Of a stretch of 64,000 nt of DNA, positions 49,796 through 62,324 are shown piece after piece. The notes under the pieces were generated by a model. The model had not been told where the DNA came from. It made no database searches and saw only the letters and a list, made by a program, of their open reading frames with translations. The position numbers and the translations under genes were made by a program. The number at the start of each line of letters is the position of its first letter. Position 1 is the stretch's first letter. This DNA is from Squalus acanthias (lineage: Eukaryota): assembly GCA_030390025.1 (NCBI GenBank), contig JASTWF010000037.1:310001-374000 (forward strand), read 5' to 3'.

Positions 49796-50279
49796 TAAGG
49801 GAAAGACACTAACCAGGAAGGTTCGGGGTTCAATTCCCAGCCTATGCTGACTGAGGTGATCTCAGCCAGCCCAGCATTTGGGCGAGGGAAGGGGAGACGA
49901 GGGGGAAAATCAGCTGGAGTTTCTGCTGCTAATCCCCCGTCTCTATCCAGTGACGGCTACTGGGAAGTGCGCGCGTGCAGGTAACCGGGCGAGGACCGGC
50001 TCGGTCGTGCTTGTGACCCTCCCTGTGCCCAAGTGGCTGCCCACACTCTCAAAGAATGGTCATCTGGGCAAACTACCCGAGGGCTTCCTTCAAGCCCGTA
50101 TCCCAGCACGAGGCAGCACCTTCGGGAGACAAGGGGAAAATCTGGGGGGATGGGGTGGGAATTATATAGTTGACGGGTGTTCCTTTAGGCACTAGTCCTC
50201 ATCCAACCTGCATCTAAATTACACAGCAATATTCACTGCAAGCAGAGCAGCCCAGGGGAGCGTCAGTAACTGGAGTCAC

Positions 50280-50885
50280 CGAGTACAAAAGTAGAGAAGT
50301 TATGCTGAAACTTTATAAAGTGCTGGTTAGGCCACAACTGGAGTATTGCGTCCAGTTCTGGTCACCACACTTTAGGAAGGATGTGAAGGCCCTCGAGAGG
50401 GTGCAGAGGAGATTTACCAGAATGGTTCCGGGGATGGGGAAATCTTGGCTACAAGGACAGGTTGGAGAAGCTGGATTTGTTTTCATTGGAGCAAAGGAGG
50501 TTGAGGGGTGATTTGATAGAGGTGTACAAGATTATGACGGATTTGGATAGGCTAGACGGGGAAAGGCTGTTCCCACTAGTTGATGGTACAAGGACTAGTG
50601 GACACAGATTTAGGGTTTTGGGCAAGAGATACAGGGGGAATGTGAGGGAAAAACCTTTTTGTGCAGCGAGTGGTGAGGACCTGGAACTCGCTGCCGACGG
50701 AAGTGGTGGAAGCGGAGACACTCAATGTTTTCAAGGGGAGACTGGATAGGCACTTGAGGAAAATAAACTTGCAGGGCTACGGGGATAGAGCGGGGGGAAT
50801 GGGACTGACTGGATTGCTCTGCAGAGAGCCGGCACGGACTCGATGGGCCGAATGGCCTCCTTCTGTGCCGTTATGACTATGAGAC
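50280..50885 (+). mobile_element. CR1 LINE 3' fragment
   Basis: [19 protein letters not shown]; ends about 50 nt from the exon at 50933. Confidence 0.9.
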
Positions 50886-50932
50886 TGGGATGGTCCCTCA
50901 CTGCAACGTCAATACAACGCACGATTACTCAC

Positions 50933-51048
50933 CATCTTTTCTTCTCATATTTATCCTGTAGGAATTCCTTGATTTTTTGTGGATCCCTGTAGTCGGGGAT
51001 AACAGACGATCTGGAGTCAAACAGGCCCAGCCAAATCTGCCTACATAC
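50933..51048 (-). CDS. AGFG2: AGFG2-like coding exon (probable exon 3; C-terminal part of ArfGAP domain)
   Basis: cag|GTA...TG|gtgagt; 116 nt; translates VCRQIWLGLFDSRSSVIPDYRDPQKIKEFLQDKYEKKRW, recognisable as the AGFG1/2 ArfGAP C-terminus. Confidence 0.95.
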
Positions 51049-52697
51049 CTGCGAAGGAATCGAACACAAAATATTCAGTTTTCTTTCCATACACACACAC
51101 ACAGGACAAGCTGCACTAGCACATCGCTCAGAATGGAGGCATTACTATTACAAAACAGACAACGTGTCATTTCAGTTTCAGCACCTCGGGCATATAAACT
51201 CCCCCAACCTACAACCCTCCAAGATTTCTGTGTTCCTCCAATTCTGTACTCTTGTGAATCCCCCGATTTCTCGCCCCAGCATTGGCGGCCGTGCCTTTAG
51301 CTGTCGAGACCCTAAGCTCTGGAATTCCCTCCCTAAACCGCTCTACCACTCTCGCCGCCTTTCAGACGCTCCTGAAAACCCACCTCTTGGACCAAGCTTT
51401 CGGTCGCCTGTCCCAGTATCACTCTTGTGAAGCGCCTTGGGCCAGTTTACTACTTTAAAAGGCGCCATATAAATGCAAGTTGTTGATATTCCGATCGAGA
51501 TCGATTAACGCAGTCGCCAGGTCACGTACTCCCGAGGGGGTTGGAGGTAGAGTGCGGTGTGGAAGGCAGACATGACCTGAAAGAGCTTCGGTACAGAACG
51601 CGTTTGTTTTTTTTTAGAAAGATAACGTGGAAAGGTTTGGAGGGCTGCTCAGCGTAAGTGAATGCGCGGTTTCCCTGCAGCCCGAGAGTAGGGTTCCTGC
51701 ATCGGCACGGCCAGGATCACCCACTGGGCTTTGGCGATTTATCTTCATTGAGAAATCAAGGTGAAGGGTCAAAGGCTAGAGTGCAGGCCACCAGTAAGAT
51801 TGGGGCAGGAGGGGGGACAAGAGATGGCTCAGTGAATCAGGAAGTGCGAGCAGCTGGCGCCAACCGTGGGTTTAAATATTTCTAGACTGTGGGAATGAGG
51901 GAGAGTTTTGAGGTCCTGGGAACGAATCGGTTAGAGTGGGAAGTGGAGCAGTGAGATTTCACTGCCACATGATTGCTGTGACTCAGGGTAAGATTCAGGG
52001 GCATAAGTCAGCAAAATATTCATTCATGTCATTCATAAACCTACAAATCTGCACAGGGGGAGTATTCATTACACCCTCAGGAGCAACGTTCCCCCTTTAA
52101 ACCGATCAGGAGGTCCCGCGCAGGCCGCTCACCAGCTGTCGATGCTGGTGATGATACGACGCATGCGCGGCCTCTGCAGGAGCATTGCTCTGGAGTAAAT
52201 GCTCAACGGACAATTGTATTCTCCAGCAATAATGGGTGACTTTTAGCGGGTATCAGTGCTGCTCCGGTGAGTTTTATTGAAGTGAAGTAGGAGTGTGCGC
52301 GTGGCTGGGATGTCCCTGCGGTGTTTGATGATTAACTCCTCGCTCTCGGGTTATGTGGCTTTCAGTTCCTCCCACGCTGCCTGCCATGAAAGTAAAAAGC
52401 CCTGAAGTCCTGCTACTTACAGGCAGTAATTGCACTTAAGTGAGCGCCGTGGTTAAACATTAGTGGAGGCCCCAGGCCAGGCCTCCTCGAATGCTCCCAT
52501 TTCCAGAGTGCCGCCGCCTCTCTCGCTGGTCTCCGGTTACCGTGCTTTGCGGAGACCGGGAGTTCAGAGGAGTGGGACTTTGCTGGAACAGGATTAGAGC
52601 GCCGGAATCGTGGAGCAGCGGACTGACGGCGAGAGAACTGGACGTCATGGGAACGGGAGTGGGCCATACAGCCCCTCGAGCCTGTCCCGCCATCCTA

Positions 52698-53700
52698 TTC
52701 TTCTTAGGCAGTCCCTTGGAACCGAGGATGACTTGCTTCCACACTAAAAATGAGTTCTCAGGTGACTGATGAGCCCAATGCGGGACCTACAGTCTCTGTC
52801 ACAGGCGGGGCAGACGGTGGTTGAAGGGGCGGGTGGGTGGGGTGCTTGGGTTGACGTGCGCTCCTTCCGCTGTTTGCGCTTGGCTTCCGCTTGCTCCCGG
52901 TGAAGAGACTCGAGGTGTTCGCCGCCTTCCCGGCTGCTTCTCCTCCACTTTGTGCGGTCTTGGGCCAGGGATTCCCAGGTGTCGGTGGGGATGTTGCACT
53001 TTTTCAAGGAGGCTTTGAGGGTGTCCTTGAAGCGTTTCATCTGCCCACCTGGGGCTCTCTTGCCGTGTCGGAGCTCAGAGTAGAGCGCTTGTTTTGGGAG
53101 TCTCGTATCGGGCATGCGGACGATGTGACCCGTCCATCGGTGCTGATCGAACGTGGTCAAAGCTTCGATGCTGGGGATGTTGGCCTGAGCGAGAACACAG
53201 ACGTTGTTGCGGAGGCAGCGTTGGTGGTACCTCTCCAGTGCTTTGAAGTGCCTGCTGTACACGGTCCATGACTCCGAGGCATACAGGAGGGCGGGTATCA
53301 CTACTACTCTGTAGACCATGAGCTTGGTGCCGGGTTTGAGGTCCTGGTCTTCAAACACTCTGTTCCTCAGTTGGCTGAAGGCTGCACTGGCACACTGAAG
53401 GCGGTGTTGGACTTCGTCATCGACGTCTGCCCTTGTTGACAGTCGGCTCCCGAGGTATGGAAAGTGGTCCACGTTGTCTAAGGCCTTGTCGTGGATTTTG
53501 ATAATCGGGTGGCAGTACTATGTGGCAGGGGCAGGGTGGTAGAGGACCTTTGTCTTACGGATGTTTAGTGTAAGGCCCATGCTCTCGTACTCTTCGGTGA
53601 AGGTGTTGACGATGGTTTGGACTTCGACCTCCGTGTGCGCGCAGACGCAAGCGCCGACTGCATACTGTAATTCGACGACAGAGGATGGGACGACCTTGGA
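52698..53700 (-). mobile_element. RTE-clade LINE 3' fragment with C-terminal C2H2-like motif
   Basis: FPYLGS, YRVVVIPALLYASESW, RLPKQALY, GGQMKRFKD, WESLAQDR, CPACDRDCRSRIGLISHLRTH. Confidence 0.88.
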
Positions 53701-54029
53701 TCTATTAGAGCACGGCTGATCTGCACCTCAACCCCATTTCTCCGCCTTTGCCCCATATCCATCAAAAATGTATCGACCTCAGTCTTGAAGATTTCAACTG
53801 ACCCCCAGCACCCAAAGCCCGATTGCTGCCCTACCCGAGAGCAGCTGACTTGAAGCTGACGCTGGATGCCGAGGGGGGCAGGAGGTTGTGCCCGCCCTCA
53901 CTGCGCACGCTGACCGGAGAAGGAGCAGGGGGGACGCGCCATCATGTAAATCCCCCTGGCTGAAGGCTGTGAAATAATGGGCACTCCCCCCAAGCTGCAG
54001 AGAACGTAAATCCCTGCTCTCAGGGAATA

Positions 54030-54860
54030 GTAGGGACAGGAGAAGGCCATTCAGCCCTTCGAACCCATTCCGCCATTCAATGAGATACCGCTATCAGATC
54101 CCTGCCAGCAAACGCTTCGACCAGAACACTCACCTTTATATTGGTGAGCCAACAAAAATCTATCGGTCTCAGTCTTGTGGATTTCAACTGACCCAGAATC
54201 CACAGCTTTTTGGGGGGGAGAGTTCCCGATTTCCACCACCCTTTGTGTGAAGAAGTGCTTCCTGACATCACCCCTGAACGGCCTGGCTCTAATTTCAAGG
54301 TTCTGCCCCCTTGTTCTGGACTCCCCCCACCACCAGAGAAAATAGTTTCTCTCTATCGACTCCTTTAATCATCTTAAACACCTCGATTAGATCACCCCTT
54401 AATCTTCTATACTCCAGGGAATACGAGCCCAGTCTGTGCCACCAGTCCTTATAATATAGAAACATAGAAAACAGAAAAATAGGAGCAGGAGTGGGCCATT
54501 CGGCCCTTCGAGCCTGCTCCGCCATTCAATATGATCATGGCTGATCCTCTATCTCAATACCATATTCCCGCTCTCTCCCCATACCCCTTGATGCCTTTTG
54601 TGTCTAGAAATCTATCTATCTCCTTCTTAAATATATTCAGTGACATGGCCTCCACAGCCTTCTGTGGTAGAGAATTCCACAGGTTCACCACCCTCCGAGT
54701 GAGGATAGAACCCTTTTAGCCCCCGGGTATCATTCTGGTGAATCTCCGCTGCACCCTCTCCAAGGCCAAGAGGTCCTTCCTGAGGTGCGGGGCCCAGGAC
54801 TGAACGCAGTTGCTCCAGATGGGGGTCTGACCAAAGCTCGATACAAGTCAAGCTTCACTT
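54030..54860 (-). mobile_element. Nested CR1 fragments
   Basis: Younger CR1 tail about 54455-54705 inside an older CR1. Confidence 0.75.
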
Positions 54861-55169
54861 CCTCACCTGAACATTCCGACCCCCTTGAGGCAAAGGCCGA
54901 CTTCGATTCCCGTCGTGTACATGGCCCTTGGGACAATTGCTGGAGCCTCTTCTGCAGCGACGGGAGGAGGTTCGACTTAGCCCCTCCAAGATCCCTTACT
55001 CACTCATTCCACATAAAACAGCAGCTACATTGGTAATGGGTCTTCATCCACCCCGCCTCCTAATCTCATGTCAGCATAAACTGGCAGCTGGTCTCGAGCT
55101 AAACGACGCTCTGACCCTCCCCCTTTACACAGCTTGACATTTTCTTTTTTTAAACTATAAACTGAACAC

Positions 55170-56095
55170 TATCGGAAAGACCGAGCAGGCTGGGGCTCTT
55201 TTCTCTAGAAAAGAGAAGGCTGGGGGGGGGGGGGGGGGCGGTGACCTGATGGAGGGCTTTAAAATTATGAAGGGTTTCGATAGGGTAGACGTAGAGAAGA
55301 CATTTCCACTTGTGGGGGAGACCAGAACTAGGGGGTCATCAATATAAGATGGTCACTAATAAATCCAATAGGGAATTCAGGAGAAACTTCTTTACCCAAA
55401 GAATGGTGAGAATGTGGAACTCGCTACAAGGAGTGGTTAAGGCAAATAGCGTAGATGCGTTTAAGGGGAAGCTATATGAACACGAGGTAGAAAGGAATAG
55501 AAGGATATGTTGAGTTGCAGAGGGGTGGGAGGAAGCTCGTGTGCAGCATAAGCACCAGCATAGACCAGTTGTGCCGAATTGGAGGCAGTTCAGAGAAGGT
55601 TCACTCGGTTGATTCCTGAGATGAAGGGATTGTCTTAAGAGGAAAGGTTGAGCAGGTTGGGCCTATACTCATTGGAGTTTAGAAGAATGAGGGGTAATCT
55701 TATTGAAACATATAAGATTCTGAGGGGGATTGACAGGGTGGATGCAGAGAGGATGTTTCCCCTCGTGGGGGAATCTAGAACTAGGGGGCATAGTCTCAGA
55801 ATAAGGGGTCGCCCTTTTAAGACAATGATGAGGAGGAATTTCTTCTCCCAGAGGGTCGTGAATCTTTGGAATTCTCTACCCCAGAGAGCTGTGGAAGCGG
55901 AGTCATTGAATATATTCAAGGCTGAGATACAGATTTTTGAGCAACAGGGGAGTCAAGGGTTATGGGGAGCGGGCGGGAAAGTGGAGTTGAGGCCAAAATC
56001 GGATCAGCCATGATCTCATTGAATGGCAGAGCAGGCTCGAGGGGACGAATGCTCCTATTTCTTATGAATGGCCTGTTTCTGTACTGTACATTCCA
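55170..56095 (+). mobile_element. Nested CR1 3' fragments
   Basis: ORFs 55310-55513 and 55648-56013 with CR1 C-terminal motifs. Confidence 0.85.
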
Positions 56096-56499
56096 TGTAA
56101 AAGCTCCCATTGTGACTACATGAATATCAGTACACTGGAATGATAGATGGGAGTGTATTTCCTTGGGACGAGGAGGGCTATATTTTCTTCCTTGCTGTCC
56201 TGAAGTCGTGGCTTCTTTCCAGAGTCCGGTTCCACAGCTCTCCAGGGCTTTGCACGTTCTTGGCAAGTGAGCCTCTATGTCCCACGAGGAGAGCTGGAGT
56301 TCGAAAGTTGACCAAATAAAAAAGGCTGAACTAGGCCGTGAAATCAGCAGGGTACAAGACGGGGGGGGGGGGCGTCACACTAGAACTGCACCGTACTGTG
56401 CAGACTGCAGACTGCAGCCCGAGTTGACCTTCAGCCACTGACGAGGAATCGTTCACTGGACTGGCTCCAGGCATTGAAAAACCACTGGGCTGACGCATC

Positions 56500-57055
56500 T
56501 GCCACCCTCCATAAACTTCAGCTCATCCAAAACTCTATTGCCCCGTGTCCTAACTTACGCCAAGTCCCGTTCACCCATCTCCCCCCACCTGCTCGCTGAC
56601 CGACATTGGCTCCCGGTTGAGCAAAGCCTCGATTTTAAAATTCTCATCCTTATTTTCACATCCATCCATCCATCTACGGCCTCGCCCGCACCCCCCCCTC
56701 CCCATCTCTGTAGCCTCCTCCAGCTCGCACCAGCCCCCCCAGAGATCTCTGCGCTCCTCCAATTCTGGCCTCTTCCACATCGTCGATTTTAATCGCTCCA
56801 CCATTGCCGGCCGTGCCTTCAGCTGCCGAGGCCCTAAATCTGGAATTCCCTCCCTAAAGCTCTTCCGCCCTCTCTCTCCTCCTTTAAGGCACTACTTAAA
56901 ACCCACCTCTCTGAACAAGCTTTTGGTCGCCTGCCCTAATTTCACCTGATGTGGCTCGGTGTCAAATTTTGTTTGCTAACGTTCCTGTGAAGCGCTTTGG
57001 AGCGTTTTACTACGTTAATGGTGCTATACAAGTACAAGTTGTTGTTGTTGTTGAT
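56500..57055 (+). mobile_element. L2-clade LINE 3' end (others at about 12250-12490, 17060-17680 minus, 46820-47175, 51195-51485, 60765-61185)
   Basis: LADRHWLPVEQSLDFKILILIF (L2 LHWLP..RIDFKI motif), GRAFS...WNSLP, (gtt)n tail. Confidence 0.8.
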
Positions 57056-57149
57056 CCTCAGGAAACGTCACTGAGGTATAGGAGCGCGAATGCAAAGTAA
57101 CTGCGAACAGGACAAAGAAGCGCACGTTCACACTGGTCGAAAGCAAATT

Positions 57150-57840
57150 TGTGCACAAATCGTTGAAGGTGGCAGGGCAGGTCGAGAAAGCAGTTCAAAA
57201 AACTCACGGGATCCTGGGTTTCATGAATAGAGGCATAGAGTACAAAAGTGTGGAAATGATGATGAACCTGTATAAAACACCGGTTCGGCCTCAACTGGAG
57301 TATTGTGTCCAATTCAGGGCACCGCACTTTAGGAAGGATGTGAAGGCCTTAGAGAGGGTGCAGAAAAAATTTACGAGAATTATTCCAGGATGAGGGACTT
57401 CAGTTACGTGGATAGACTGGAGAAGCTGGGGTTGTTCTCCTTGGAGCAGAGAAGATGGAGAGCAGATTTGACAGAGGTGCTCAAAATCATGAGTCTGGAC
57501 AGAGTAGATAGAGAGAAACTGTTCCCATTGGCAGAGGGGTCGAGAACCAGCGGACACAGATTTATGGTGATTGGCAAAAGAACCAAAGGCGACATGAGGG
57601 GAAACATTTTTACGCAGCGAGTGGTTAGGATCTAGAATGAACTGCCTGAAAGGGTGGTGGAGGCAGACTCAATCACGGCTTTCAAAAGGGAGTTGGATAA
57701 GTACCTGAAAGAAAAAATTTGCAGGGCTACGGGGAAAGGGCGGGGGAGTGGGACTAGCTGAAGTGCTCTTGCAGAGAGCCGGCACGGGCTCGACGGGCCG
57801 AATGGCCTTCTTCAAAGCTGTAACCATTCTATGATTCTAA
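57150..57840 (+). mobile_element. CR1 LINE 3' fragment
   Basis: RPQLEYCVQF, LEKLGLFSLEQRR; attctatg tail. Confidence 0.88.
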
Positions 57841-58264
57841 TTTTAAAATCGAGGCATTGCCTCTAACTCGAGGATCAAGAGTGTAGCCCATTTTATTAAT
57901 ATGATATAAATTTCCCTTTTAATAATCTATCTTCCCCGACCCAACCCCCATCCCTCAACTGGAGTGATTGGCACGGTGGGCCATGCAGCATGTAGACACC
58001 ACGGTTGAGTCTACTCCACCAACACTGCCGCCTCTCAGAATAAACAGCAGGGCTTATTTAGCATACCGATACTCCTCTACTACAAGGGGTCCTCCAGTTG
58101 ATTTGTCCCAACAATGTACAGGGGGGACTATTGATGTTTATGGCATAAACATCAGTAGCCTCCCCTGTATATTAAGACAAGTGGAATAGTCTCAGCGATA
58201 CCGGGACTGTGCATGCACAGACAATTCAGGTTCTTACTGTTGGACACCATTTGTATGGTTAGAC

Positions 58265-58590
58265 AAGGACACCCTCAAAGCCTCCTTGAAAAAGTGCAAC
58301 ATCCCCACCGACACCTGGGAATCCCTGGCCCAAGACCGCACAAAGTGGAGGAGAAGCATCCGGGAAGGCGCCGAACGCCTCGAGTCTCTTCGTCAGGAGC
58401 AAGCGGAAGCCAAGCGCAAGGAGCGCACGTCAACCCAAGCACCCCACCCACCCGCCCCTTCAACCACCGTCTGCCCCCACCTGTGACAGAGACTGTAGGT
58501 CCCGCATTGGACTCATCAGTCACCTGAGAACTCATTTTTAGTGTGGAAGCAAGTCATCCTCGGTTCCGAGGGACTGCCTAAGAAGAGAAG
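58265..58590 (+). mobile_element. RTE-clade LINE 3' end, inverted relative to 52698-53030
   Basis: Near-identical reverse complement of 52700-53028. Confidence 0.88.
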
Positions 58591-59209
58591 GTTAGACAAG
58601 TCCCTTAGCGTGTCACTGACTTTTACAGCAGTACTTATCTCGGTAAGTTTCTTTTGATCCAGGCCTAACCCCCTTCCACCACTCGCCGCTTTTAACTATT
58701 AAATAAAATAATGGGAGTTATAACTTCTCTTCCGGGGGAATAAAACTGGAGTTGGGGGCGGGGAAATCCGCGAGTTATTCCAGCGTTGTGGGGGCAGAAT
58801 AGTGCGAGCCTTCCTTTCAACACTTTTCTTTACCCTCGTGCGGCGCCACCATGTCACTTGGAAGCCGTTCGCACATTTGAAGAGAGCGCAACAGTGGAGA
58901 GATCGCACGCGATGTGGCCCGGGGGAGGGGGGAAGAAAGAGACTTTCCAGTCTCTGAGCCTGCGGCAAGGCCGGAACAATTGGTATCCGCTGTGACTCTC
59001 TCCTTCAATGTCTTCAGTCGGAGTTAATAAAATACCCGAAGGCGTTATCACGACTGTCCTCGTACCTCAGGCTCGGAGCTTTATATTCACGGCCATGTGC
59101 TTCTCTGACGGACGGACAGGCCTAGTCTGGGCGCTCATGCCCTTTGAAATACCGCTGGCTATTTGTGAAAGGGTTGGGGAGGTGGAAAGGAGGGGGGGGC
59201 TGCCTTTGT

Positions 59210-60158
59210 CTACATTAATGACTTGGATGAAAGGGACGAGTGTAATGTAGCCAAGTTTGTGGATGATACAAAGATGGGTGGGAAAGCAAGTTGTGCAGAG
59301 GACTCAAAGAAGCTGCAAAGGGATATAGACAGGCTCGGGGAGTGGGCAAACATTTGGCAGATGGAGTATAATGTGGGAAAATGCGAGGTTATCCACTTTG
59401 GCAGGAAAAATAAAAAAGCAAATTATTATTGAATGGGGAGAGTTCAGAGGGACCTGGGGGTCCTTGTGCATGAAACACAAAAAGTTAGCATGCAGGTACA
59501 GCAAGTAATCAAAAAGGTAAGTGGAATGTTGGCCTTTATTGCAAGGGGGTTGGAGTATAAAAGCAGGGAAGTCCTGCTACAACTGTACAGGGTATTGGTG
59601 AGACCACACCTGGAGTACTGCGTACAGTTTTGGTCTCCTTATTTAAGGAAGGATATACTTGCATTGGAGGCAGTTCAGAGACGATTCACACGGTTAATTC
59701 CAGAGATGAAGGGGTTTGACTTATGAGGAAAGGTTGAGCAGGCTGGGCCTATACTCATTGGAATTTAGAAGAATGAGAGGTGATCTTATTGAAACATATG
59801 ATACTGAGGGGGCTCGACAGGGTAAATGCAGAGAGGATGTTTCCCCTCGTGGGGGAATCTAGAACTCGGGGGCATAGTTTCAGAATAAAGGGTCGCCCTT
59901 TTAGAACTGAGATGAGGAGGAATTTCTTCTCTCAGAGGGTCGTAAATCTGTGGAATTCTCTGCCCCAGAGAGCCGTGGAGGCTGGGTCATTAAACACATT
60001 TAAGGTGGAGATAGACAGATTTTTGCAAGATAAGGGAGTGAAGGGTTATGGGGAGCGGGCAGGGGAAGTGACTTTGAGCCCCAGATCAGCCATGATCTTA
60101 CTGAATGGCGGAGCAGGCTCGAGGGGCCAAGTGGCCTATTCCTGACGTTCTTATGTCC
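59210..60158 (+). mobile_element. CR1 LINE 3' fragment
   Basis: [30 protein letters not shown]. Confidence 0.9.
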
Positions 60159-60496
60159 TCAAGGAATGAGCTTGGGTCGGGTGGGTAAAGTCGCTCAGGG
60201 CCCTGTTTATTTCTCCGTTTCTCTCATGTGCTATCCGCCTCTTCCAGTACTGGCGCCGTTAATTCAAGTCGCTGACTTTCACCGTTGGGATTTGGTAATC
60301 GAAACAAGAGGGAAGTTCTGTTTCCGAAATGGAGGATGTAGAGCTGAAATTTTAGCCCAGTGCGACCGAGGGTGCAGAAAGCGAGCCTGTAGTGAGGGCC
60401 GCGCTTGTTGCTCCTGGTTCATTTCCTGTTAAGCAAATACTCGACAGGGTGGAGCAGACTGTGGGTAGCAAATGAGCACATAATGTAAATTTAGGA

Positions 60497-60684
60497 TAAC
60501 AGAAAATGCTGAAAATACTCAGCAAATCAGGCACCATCTGTGGAGAGAGAAACAGAGTTAACGTTGCAGGTCGATCAGCTTTTGCCAGACCTGAAACGTT
60601 AACTCGGTTTCTCTCTCCACAGATGGTACCTGACCTGCTGAGTGTTTCAAGCATTTACTGTTTAAGATTTCCAGTATTTTGCTT
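60497..60684. mobile_element. Family B hairpin insertion, both ribozyme cores truncated
   Basis: Inverted arms around 60575-60587; duplication ATGTAAATTTAGGA at 60483-60496 and 60685-60698. Confidence 0.82.
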
Positions 60685-61697
60685 ATGTAAATTTAGGACT
60701 TAATAAATTCTTCTTTACGTTAAGGTGTAATAGAGCTAATAACTAATAATTCATTTTTACCTTTGCGCTCGCTGACCTACATTGGCTCCCGGTTAATCAA
60801 CGCCTCGATTTTAAAATTCTCATTCCTTGTTTTCAACTCCCTCCATGGCCTCGCCCCTCCCAATCTCTCTAATCTCCTCCAGCCCCACAATCCTCAGTTT
60901 TCTGCGCTCCTCTAATTCTGGCCACTTGCGCATCCCCGATTTTAATCTCTCCACCGTTGGCGGCCGTGCCTTCAGCTGCCAAGGGCCGAAGCGCTGGAAT
61001 TCCCTCCCTAATCCTCTCCGCCTCTCTCTCCTCCTTTAAGACGCTCCTTAAAACCTGCCTCTTTCATCTCCCCCAATATCTCATGTGGTGCGTGTGTCAA
61101 ATTTTGTTTGATATCGCTCCTGTGAAGCGCCTTGGGACATTTTACGATGTTAAAGGCGCTGTATAAATCGAAATTGCTGTTGCTGTTATACAGAAAAAAA
61201 ATACTTGTGTTGTGTTACTTGTGCTGCGTGTAGAAGTGGCAGCTCCTCCCCCCCCCCCAAGCAGGTCAGACGAGACCAGCAGGAAGGAGCCGGCTTTCTG
61301 TTCTCCCCATTACTTTTTAAGCGTCAACAGAAATTTGATGTCGGGTGTGGCGTTGAAGCGGGACAGACACTTCTCAAAACGGGTGCAAGAAAATGGCTCG
61401 ACGGTGTGCCCGTGTGAAATTCTTACTCTTGTCAGCTCACCGAGTGGCTCCTGGCACCAGCAGCAGATCGGAGATCGCTGGTATTTCACCCGACTCAAAT
61501 TACAATCTCCGGACGAGGACAACATTGAAGAGGGTAAATCTACGGAGCTGGAGCAAGCCTACCAGCATCGAATCGTAGAACGACACAGCGCAGAAGGCCA
61601 TTCATCCCATCGGACCTGTGCTGGCTCTTTGGTCGAGCTATCTAATTAGTCCCACTCCCCCCTGCTCTCTCCCCATAGCCCTGGCATGTGTAAAGGG

Positions 61698-61939
61698 CAA
61701 ATGTGAGAAATCGCACAACACCAGGTTATAGTCCCAACAGTTTTATTTGAAATCACAAGCTTTCGGAGCGCTGCTCCTTCGTCAGGTGAAGTGGTGTTGA
61801 AGCGGGACAGACACTTCACCCGACGAAGGAGCAGCTGCTCCGAAAGCTTGTGATATCAAATAAAACTGTTGGACTATAACCTGGTGTTGTGCGATTTCTC
61901 ACATTTGTCCACCCTAGTCCAACACCGGCATCTCCGCAT
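61698..61939. mobile_element. Family A hairpin insertion; intact hammerhead motif on minus strand at 61753-61789
   Basis: Inverted arms about 61698-61793 and 61812-61907; duplication CATGTGTAAAGGG at 61685-61697 and 61940-61952. Confidence 0.87.
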
Positions 61940-62324
61940 CATGTGTAAAGGGGGCAGACGGGTCCATGTGCCCCGCCGGTGTCTGCATTCAGACCGCCGT
62001 GCATTGCTCACGTTTTCTGCTTGTATTTGGGGGATTCCACCAGTCGCAGATTTCCGTTTGTCAATCTCTGTCCGTAGTGCTGGCCGCTTTCCGCAGTGAA
62101 GGACGGATAAACCTGCGACTGCAGAGCTACCTCGCACATCCTCGGGGGCGTTCCCAAGGGCTTCGCAGCCGAGGAACTGCTCGTTGAAATGCACTCACTG
62201 CTGTAATGCAGGCAACCAATTTGTGCACAGCAAGCTCTCAACAAACAGCAATCAGATAGAGGAGCAGTAAATCTGCTTTGGTGGCGTTAGGATTCCCAGA
62301 GAACTCTCCTGCTCTTCTTGGAGT

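Noticed and set aside
49800..50140. Old dispersed repeat with faint relatives near 16780-17030, 32850-33150, 39540-39700 and 46510-46810
   Set aside because: Too diverged to define or classify by eye
58817..59110. CpG-rich stretch with donor-like motifs as a possible alternative first exon
   Set aside because: The ATG frames either stop or are out of phase with the 51048 exon; no homology recognised
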